Assembly: GCA_963712115.1 (NCBI GenBank)
Contig: CAVQGX010000031.1
Span: forward strand, 1 to 64,000
Source of the DNA: an uncultured delta proteobacterium
GTDB taxonomy: Bacteria; Desulfobacterota; Syntrophobacteria; BM002
Direction: 5' to 3'
Length of the DNA stretch: 64,000 nt
Shown: positions 58,395 through 64,000 of the stretch, in pieces
Numbering within the stretch: the first letter of the stretch is position 1
Layout of the letters: every line of letters begins with the position of its first letter
Position numbers and translations under genes: made by a program
The notes under the pieces: generated by a model
The model's database searches: none
Told to the model about the DNA's origin: nothing
What the model saw: the letters and a program-made list of their open reading frames with translations, nothing else

Positions 58395-58513
58395 GTCTGG
58401 TCATTTGGCTTCGCCGTCAGTAAGGCTGCGCCCGTCATTCGGCCTTAAGGCCGTCATTATGTCGTTGCAACAAATGACCATAAATGACAGCACAGCGTAG
58501 TGACCTAACGACT
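58395..58513. repeat. GTCATT/AATGAC modular hairpin element, second copy
   Basis: Reverse complement aligns with 34141-34190. Confidence 0.75.
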
Positions 58514-58584
58514 AAAAAGTAGCGAATGTTTCTGGCTTGGCGGCCGAAAGACTAACGTCTGTGGCCTGCTCTTGGAGGACAAAG

Positions 58585-59481
58585 ATGGATTTGCATCGGC
58601 TGGAGGTCTTTTGCAAAGTCTATGAGATGAAGAGCTTCTCTCGCGCTGGCAAAGCATGCCTGCTCTCACAGCCTACTGTGAGTGAGCACATACGCTATCT
58701 GGAGACTTTTTTGGACGTGCAACTCTTCGATCGACTAGGACGGCAAGTGGTGCCTACCCGGGCTGGGGAAATTCTCTATGACTTCGCTCGGCGCATGCTC
58801 AATCTCAGACGAGAGGCAACCCGCACCTTAGGACTTTACCGGGGGAAAATGTCCGGCGAACTGGAGCTAGGCGGCAGCACTATACCAGGCCAGTATATTC
58901 TCCCATCCCTTATCGGCAAGTTTAAACAAAGTTTCGCTGATATCAGGATAAAGCTCGTCATTGCTGATACTATGAATATTACTAATATGGTCCTTGAAGG
59001 CTCTTTGGAATTGGGGGTAGTAGGGGCCAAAATAAATAACAGTAAACTGCAATTTGACCGGTTGTTCGACGATGAACTCGTGTTGGCCATATCACCCAAC
59101 CATCAATGGGCAGAGCGTTCGTCCATCAGCCTAGATGAACTTGCTGACGCTTCTTTCATAATGCGCGAGCAAGGATCCGGAACCAGGATGATGATGATGC
59201 GCATTCTTGAGCAGGCTGATTTCGATCCCCAGCGGCTAAAGGTTGTGGCAGAGATGGGCAGCACCGATGCAATCCGCCAGGCCATTAAGGCCGAAGTCGG
59301 AGTCTCAATTCTGTCCCGCCGCGCCATTGCCGACGAATTAAATTTTCAGCAACTCTTTAAAATCCCAATAAAAGACCTTTCTTTCACCCGCCATTTCTAT
59401 CTGGTCACTCATAAAAAGCGCTCTAGATCACCACTGGGAGAAGCTTTTGTGGCTTTCCTCGTAGAGAATCGAGACAAGTGA
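58585..59481 (+). CDS. LysR-family regulator (CysL-like)
   Basis: HTH SFSRA...LSQP.VS, G.STIPG.Y.LP, REQGSGTR; GGAGG RBS. Confidence 0.92.
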   Translation: MDLHRLEVFCKVYEMKSFSRAGKACLLSQPTVSEHIRYLETFLDVQLFDRLGRQVVPTRAGEILYDFARRMLNLRREATRTLGLYRGKMSGELELGGSTIPGQYILPSLIGKFKQSFADIRIKLVIADTMNITNMVLEGSLELGVVGAKINNSKLQFDRLFDDELVLAISPNHQWAERSSISLDELADASFIMREQGSGTRMMMMRILEQADFDPQRLKVVAEMGSTDAIRQAIKAEVGVSILSRRAIADELNFQQLFKIPIKDLSFTRHFYLVTHKKRSRSPLGEAFVAFLVENRDK

Positions 59482-59688
59482 ATTCGAGACAAGAACCGTC
59501 AGATAAGGCTTAATCGATCTAGTTCAATCTGCCTTTGCACTTGACAAAACCTTACCTATGTGTTTATTAAGAACGCCTTTATGGTCATGTTTACTCCCAC
59601 TCTGAGTTTTTCCCTTTGCGAAAACAATCATCAGAAAGCCGTCACAGGAGTGGGACAAAGAAGCGGCTCATAACGGAACAATAAGAGA

Positions 59689-59823
59689 ATGAAAAGAACG
59701 TATCAACCAAGCAACACTCGGAGGAAAAGGACCCATGGCTTTCTGGTCCGCATGCGCAAGAAAGCGGGCCGGAAGGTAATCAGCCGCAGAAGGTCAAAGG
59801 GGAGGAAAAGACTCTCCGTCTGA
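59689..59823 (+). CDS. rpmH: 50S ribosomal protein L34 (44 aa, not in ORF track)
   Basis: [44 protein letters not shown]. Confidence 0.97.
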   Translation: MKRTYQPSNTRRKRTHGFLVRMRKKAGRKVISRRRSKGRKRLSV

Positions 59824-59879
59824 ACCAATGGGACGGACTGGTACGAGTCAGGGAAAGCGAGATCTTGCCCAGGATCCGT

Positions 59880-60251
59880 ATGGTGGCGTCGGCTCCGCTT
59901 TTACAAGAACGATTTTTTCTCAAAAAACACGAACGGTTGCGACGCCGGAAAGATTTTGAGCTAGCCTTCCGCTACGGAAGCCGTCGCCATACCAAAAACT
60001 TCACCATCATCCTGAGGCCAAATGGACTGAAGTTCTCGCGTCTGGGGGTTACGGTTGGTAAAAAGGTAGGTAACGCAGTTAAGCGAAATCGAGTGAAACG
60101 CTACCTTCGCGAGTTTTTCCGTTTACATAAGCACAAGTTGCCACCATCACATGATGTGGTGATAATAGCTAAAGGAGATGCGGCAACCCTTGCTTATCAA
60201 GACGTGCGCGAGGAGTTAGCGGCCGTGCTTATTGGAAACAATTATTTATGA
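59880..60251 (+). CDS. rnpA: RNase P protein component
   Basis: ERL...[22 protein letters not shown]. Confidence 0.95.
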   Translation: MVASAPLLQERFFLKKHERLRRRKDFELAFRYGSRRHTKNFTIILRPNGLKFSRLGVTVGKKVGNAVKRNRVKRYLREFFRLHKHKLPPSHDVVIIAKGDAATLAYQDVREELAAVLIGNNYL

Positions 60252-60469
60252 TCAAAGGTTTTTTGCTCGCATCCATTCGAGCTTACCAGCTCATAATTTC
60301 GCCATGGACACTCCCGTCCTGCCGTTTTACCCCCACTTGTTCTGAATTTGCCCGCCAGGCCATTGCCACCTACGGTGTGGTTCGAGGTCTGGTCCTCACC
60401 GCCCGACGACTCCTGCGCTGCCATCCGTTCCACGCCGGTGGTTATGATCCGGTTGACAACTATCGGTGA
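60248..60469 (+). CDS. yidD: Membrane protein insertion efficiency factor
   Basis: YQ..ISP...[19 protein letters not shown]. Confidence 0.95.
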   Translation: MIKGFLLASIRAYQLIISPWTLPSCRFTPTCSEFARQAIATYGVVRGLVLTARRLLRCHPFHAGGYDPVDNYR

Positions 60470-60586
60470 TCTAAGGACTTAACTGGACTACTTTCACCGG
60501 AGCGAGAATTCCTCTCTCTGTGCTGGTTCAATTTAGAGTCTCGCTCCAATTCGTGGTCTGTCGCCTGCGGCAGGAGTTCTCAAGTT

Positions 60587-62251
60587 ATGGAAAAGCGCGT
60601 TCTGTTAGCCATAGTTCTGTGCATAATTGTGCTTGTATTGTGGGAGAAGTTTTTTGTTCCCAAAAGGAAACCCGCTCCCCCCACTACCTCTCCCGAGATT
60701 GAACAAACTACCCCTACCCCGGTGAAGCCAGAGGCTGTAGAGCAACCTCAGTTACCTGTTAGCCAAACTCCCCCAGTGTCGCCCCCGTCCTTTCCACCTC
60801 AGGTGGCTTACACAGGCAAGGATGTGGTGGTAGAAACCCCTCTTTACCGGGCGGTTTTCACTGAGACTGGTGCTAGGCTTAAAAGCTTTGTTCTTCAACA
60901 CTTTCGTGAAACCATAGATAAAAACTCCCCGGGAAAGGAATTGGTTAAGACCAGCAAAATCGAAGAATTGCCTCTCCCATTTAATTTTGTCAATAACCCG
61001 GTGGCAGCCTTGAATCTGGCGCCTTATATTGCCGATCAACCGTCTTTGAAGGTCGCTAGCGGCGAGACCAAACCGCTTACCTTCCGATACGAGGCACCGG
61101 GTTGGCTGAGAATTACCCGTCAGTGTGTGTTCTATGCGGACAAATACCTTATCGATCTCAGCATCAGGGTTGAAAACCTAAGCAGTCAGGCGTGGGAAAA
61201 CTCTCCCACTTTGAGCCTAATCAACTTGCCTATTTCCACTTCCGGTGGAAGCCGCTACACCTTTCAAGGTCCTGCTCTCTTTTCCAACGATGAATTGCAG
61301 GAGGTGAAGATCAAAAAGATCAAAGAAGAGACGCAGTTTCCCGGGCCCATTGATTGGATCGCTTATACCAGTCAGTACTTCACCATGGCCGTGGTCCCCA
61401 TAGATTTGGCCCCTAATCATGGTCAGCTCAAGGTCCTGGATACTGACAGACAGATGGTGGAAACCACCTTTATTGGCCCCAAGATAACTCTGCAACCCGG
61501 GGCCCAGCAGGAATTCCGTTATAAACTTTACTTGGGACCCAAGGAAGAGGGTTACTTAAAGGCCGCTGATCCCAAGCTCAAGGACATGATTAATTACGGT
61601 TGGTTTGATATCATTGCCCAGCCCCTTCTGAAGTGCCTCAAATTTTTCAACCGCTTTACCCATAACTACGGGGTGGACATCATCATTCTGACTATCCTGA
61701 TTAAACTTCTTTTCTGGCCCCTTACCCACAAGAGTTATGTGTCTATGCAGCAAATGAAAAAACTGCAGCCTAAGATGCAAAAGATACGGGAGAAATACAA
61801 AGATGACAAAGAAAAGATGAACCAGGAAGTCATGCAAATGTATAGAACCCATAAGGTAAATCCTGTGGGCGGGTGTTTACCCATGATTTTGCAGATTCCG
61901 GTTTTTTTCGCCCTGTATAGAGTGCTTTACAGCGCCTTAGCCATCCGCCACGCTCCCTTTATGTTGTGGATTAACGACCTGGCGGCGCCAGATCGTCTGT
62001 ATGTGGGCATCAACATCCCTTATCTTGGTGGACTTCCTGTATTGACTCTGCTAATGGGCGTCTCTATGTTCGTCCAGCAGAAAATGTCGCCCACCACTGG
62101 TGACCCCAGGCAAGAAAAAATGATGTTAATGATGCCTGTGGTCTTTACCGTGTTTTTTGTCAATTTTCCCAGCGGGCTGGTGCTTTACTGGTTGGTCAAC
62201 AACGTACTGTCAATTGGGCAGCAACATTACATCAACAAGAAAGCAGCCTGA
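60587..62251 (+). CDS. yidC: Membrane protein insertase YidC
   Basis: YLGPK, NYG, GGCLP...QIPVF, WI.DL..PD, PSGL.LYW. Confidence 0.96.
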   Translation: MEKRVLLAIVLCIIVLVLWEKFFVPKRKPAPPTTSPEIEQTTPTPVKPEAVEQPQLPVSQTPPVSPPSFPPQVAYTGKDVVVETPLYRAVFTETGARLKSFVLQHFRETIDKNSPGKELVKTSKIEELPLPFNFVNNPVAALNLAPYIADQPSLKVASGETKPLTFRYEAPGWLRITRQCVFYADKYLIDLSIRVENLSSQAWENSPTLSLINLPISTSGGSRYTFQGPALFSNDELQEVKIKKIKEETQFPGPIDWIAYTSQYFTMAVVPIDLAPNHGQLKVLDTDRQMVETTFIGPKITLQPGAQQEFRYKLYLGPKEEGYLKAADPKLKDMINYGWFDIIAQPLLKCLKFFNRFTHNYGVDIIILTILIKLLFWPLTHKSYVSMQQMKKLQPKMQKIREKYKDDKEKMNQEVMQMYRTHKVNPVGGCLPMILQIPVFFALYRVLYSALAIRHAPFMLWINDLAAPDRLYVGINIPYLGGLPVLTLLMGVSMFVQQKMSPTTGDPRQEKMMLMMPVVFTVFFVNFPSGLVLYWLVNNVLSIGQQHYINKKAA

Positions 62252-62304
62252 GGATGATTATTACTGACATCTGCTTAGTCTATGTTCATATGGCCTGCTG
62301 AATT

Positions 62305-63030
62305 ATGGAGGAAATCATGTCTGCAATGGAAATTGAGGGAAAATCAGTTGAAGAGGCCATCGAAATGGCCTGTCAACGCTTAAGCCTTCCTGCAGATCAG
62401 CTCGAAATTGAAATTGTCTCCCATGGCTCATCGGGGATCTTTGGTATCGGTACCAGAAACGCCAAAATTCTGGTGTCCCCGAAAGAAACCGGTGATGCAG
62501 CCTCGCTCGAAGAAGCCAAAGAGATACTGGAAAACATTCTGACTCACATTCAGATTCCAGCCACGGTAGAGGCTAACTGGTTGGAAAATCGGATCAAACT
62601 GGACATATCGAGCAACGGCTCTGGTTTGCTCATAGGCAAGCGGGGCCAGACTCTCCACTCTTTGCAATTTATAGTTAACAAGATGTTTAACCGGCGAGGA
62701 TCGAAAAAAGCCCACATTATCATAGATACTGAAAATTATCGGGAAAGGAGACGCCAGGCTCTTACGGAAGTTGCTCTGAATTTGGCAAACCGGGCTAAGA
62801 AATCTGGTAGGCCGGCAACCAGCAGTCCTCTCAGCGCCTACGACCGCCGCATCATTCACCTAGCTATAAAAGATGATCGCCAGGTGCGGACCAAAAGTAA
62901 GGGCGATGGTGCCTTGCGCAAAGTAGTAGTCTTCCCGGTGAAAAAAGAGACTTCTTCAAGAAAACGGAGCAACCGGCATCACTCCACGACCCGTTCCCCA
63001 TCCGACCCGAGTGGTTCCGGGGAGAAATGA
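62305..63030 (+). CDS. jag: Jag/EloR (KhpB) RNA-binding protein
   Basis: GKSVEEA, LIGKRGQTL..LQ KH, R3H RRIIH. Confidence 0.93.
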   Translation: MEEIMSAMEIEGKSVEEAIEMACQRLSLPADQLEIEIVSHGSSGIFGIGTRNAKILVSPKETGDAASLEEAKEILENILTHIQIPATVEANWLENRIKLDISSNGSGLLIGKRGQTLHSLQFIVNKMFNRRGSKKAHIIIDTENYRERRRQALTEVALNLANRAKKSGRPATSSPLSAYDRRIIHLAIKDDRQVRTKSKGDGALRKVVVFPVKKETSSRKRSNRHHSTTRSPSDPSGSGEK

Positions 63031-64000
63031 AAGTCTGTGAGCCTCTAGAAGACACTATTGCTGCCATAGCCACCCCCATAGGAACTGGTGGTATCGGCAT
63101 TATAAAGATCAGCGGCCCTGAGGCCTGGGCCATGGGCCGCCATCTCTTTCAGCTCTCTGGATCTCCGGAAACCATACAATCCCACCACCTCTATCACGGC
63201 CACATCATTGAGCCTGGAACTCATAGGACTGTAGACGAAGTGCTCATAAGCTTCATGCGCGGGCCGGCAACTTACACTCGGGAAGACGTTGTCGAGATCA
63301 ATTGTCACAGCGGCCTCGCGGTACTGGACCGCATTCTAGAATTGGTAATTCGGGCTGGTGCACGGTTGGCTGAACCCGGCGAGTTCACCCGGCGGGCCTT
63401 CTTGAACGGGCGCATTGATTTGACCCAGGCGGAAGCCGTTTTAGACCTGGTTAGCTCAAAAACTAAACGAAGCCTTCATCTTGCCAGCGAACACCTGAAA
63501 GGCGGCCTGCAAACCATAATTACTGAACTGCGCAGCCATCTACTTGACACACTAGCAATGGTGGAGGCTGCCATAGATTTTCCAGAGGAAGATTTAGAAA
63601 TTCTTGTAGAGGCAGACCTTGCCTTACGAGTACGTCAGCAGGTTAAAGAGCCCATCACCAAACTGCTCGAGCATTATGAGGACGGTCGTATCTTGAGAGA
63701 GGGGTTGTCGGTCATTATCGCCGGCAAACCCAACGTTGGGAAATCCAGCCTGCTTAATAATCTGCTCCGCTCCAACCGTGCCCTGGTTACTCCCGTTCCT
63801 GGCACCACTCGTGATGTTATTGAAGAGAGCCTGAGTCTCAGAGGAATTCCACTGCGACTGGTGGACACCGCTGGCCTGCGCCAACCGGACGATCTTGTGG
63901 AAAAACTGGGGATGGAATTCACTAGAGAGCGGTTGTCTCAAGCTGATCTGGTGCTTTTCGTCTTAGACCGAAGCAGCTCATTGACCTCAGAGGATCTGCA
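63027..64000 (+). CDS. mnmE: tRNA modification GTPase MnmE (truncated at window end)
   Basis: DTIAAIAT..G.GGIGII.ISG, YTREDV.EI.CH, GEFTRRAFLNG, GKPNVGKS, PGTTRD, DTAG. Confidence 0.96.
   Translation, partial: MKVCEPLEDTIAAIATPIGTGGIGIIKISGPEAWAMGRHLFQLSGSPETIQSHHLYHGHIIEPGTHRTVDEVLISFMRGPATYTREDVVEINCHSGLAVLDRILELVIRAGARLAEPGEFTRRAFLNGRIDLTQAEAVLDLVSSKTKRSLHLASEHLKGGLQTIITELRSHLLDTLAMVEAAIDFPEEDLEILVEADLALRVRQQVKEPITKLLEHYEDGRILREGLSVIIAGKPNVGKSSLLNNLLRSNRALVTPVPGTTRDVIEESLSLRGIPLRLVDTAGLRQPDDLVEKLGMEFTRERLSQADLVLFVLDRSSSLTSEDL

Overview
A 64-kb bacterial window, most likely from a Desulfobacterota (deltaproteobacterial, probably sulfate-reducing) genome. This is inferred from an intact qrcABCD operon, a large Alu-domain SRP RNA and the gene repertoire. 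The right half (~30-64 kb) is housekeeping: tsaD, moaA, cimA, lysC, tsaE, nnr, acpS, pdxJ, ybeY, pgpH-like, phoH, mazG, ffs, nadB, qrcABCD, and rpmH-rnpA-yidD-yidC-jag-mnmE without an adjacent dnaA. The left half is accessory and stress-related: AT-rich hypotheticals, Mn-SOD, an ArnT/PAP2/GT2 lipid A modification cluster, old yellow enzyme, MoxR-vWA, a furan-fatty-acid-like desaturase/DUF1365/cfa cluster, UvsE and Bcp. Eight or more same-direction +1 frameshifts fall between 21.2 and 26.9 kb and are probably sequencing errors. The most unusual signal is non-coding. Many intergenic spacers carry degenerate 7-9-nt tandem-repeat tracts arranged as nested inverted pairs. In several cases the two arms lie on opposite sides of whole genes (slp; lysC-tsaE; tsaD) in mirror order, so the gene sits in the loop of a giant imperfect stem. 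A three-copy ~190-bp MITE-like element with compensatory changes, and several small hairpin modules nested inside the repeats, are also present. All family assignments come from motif recognition by eye, not database searches.
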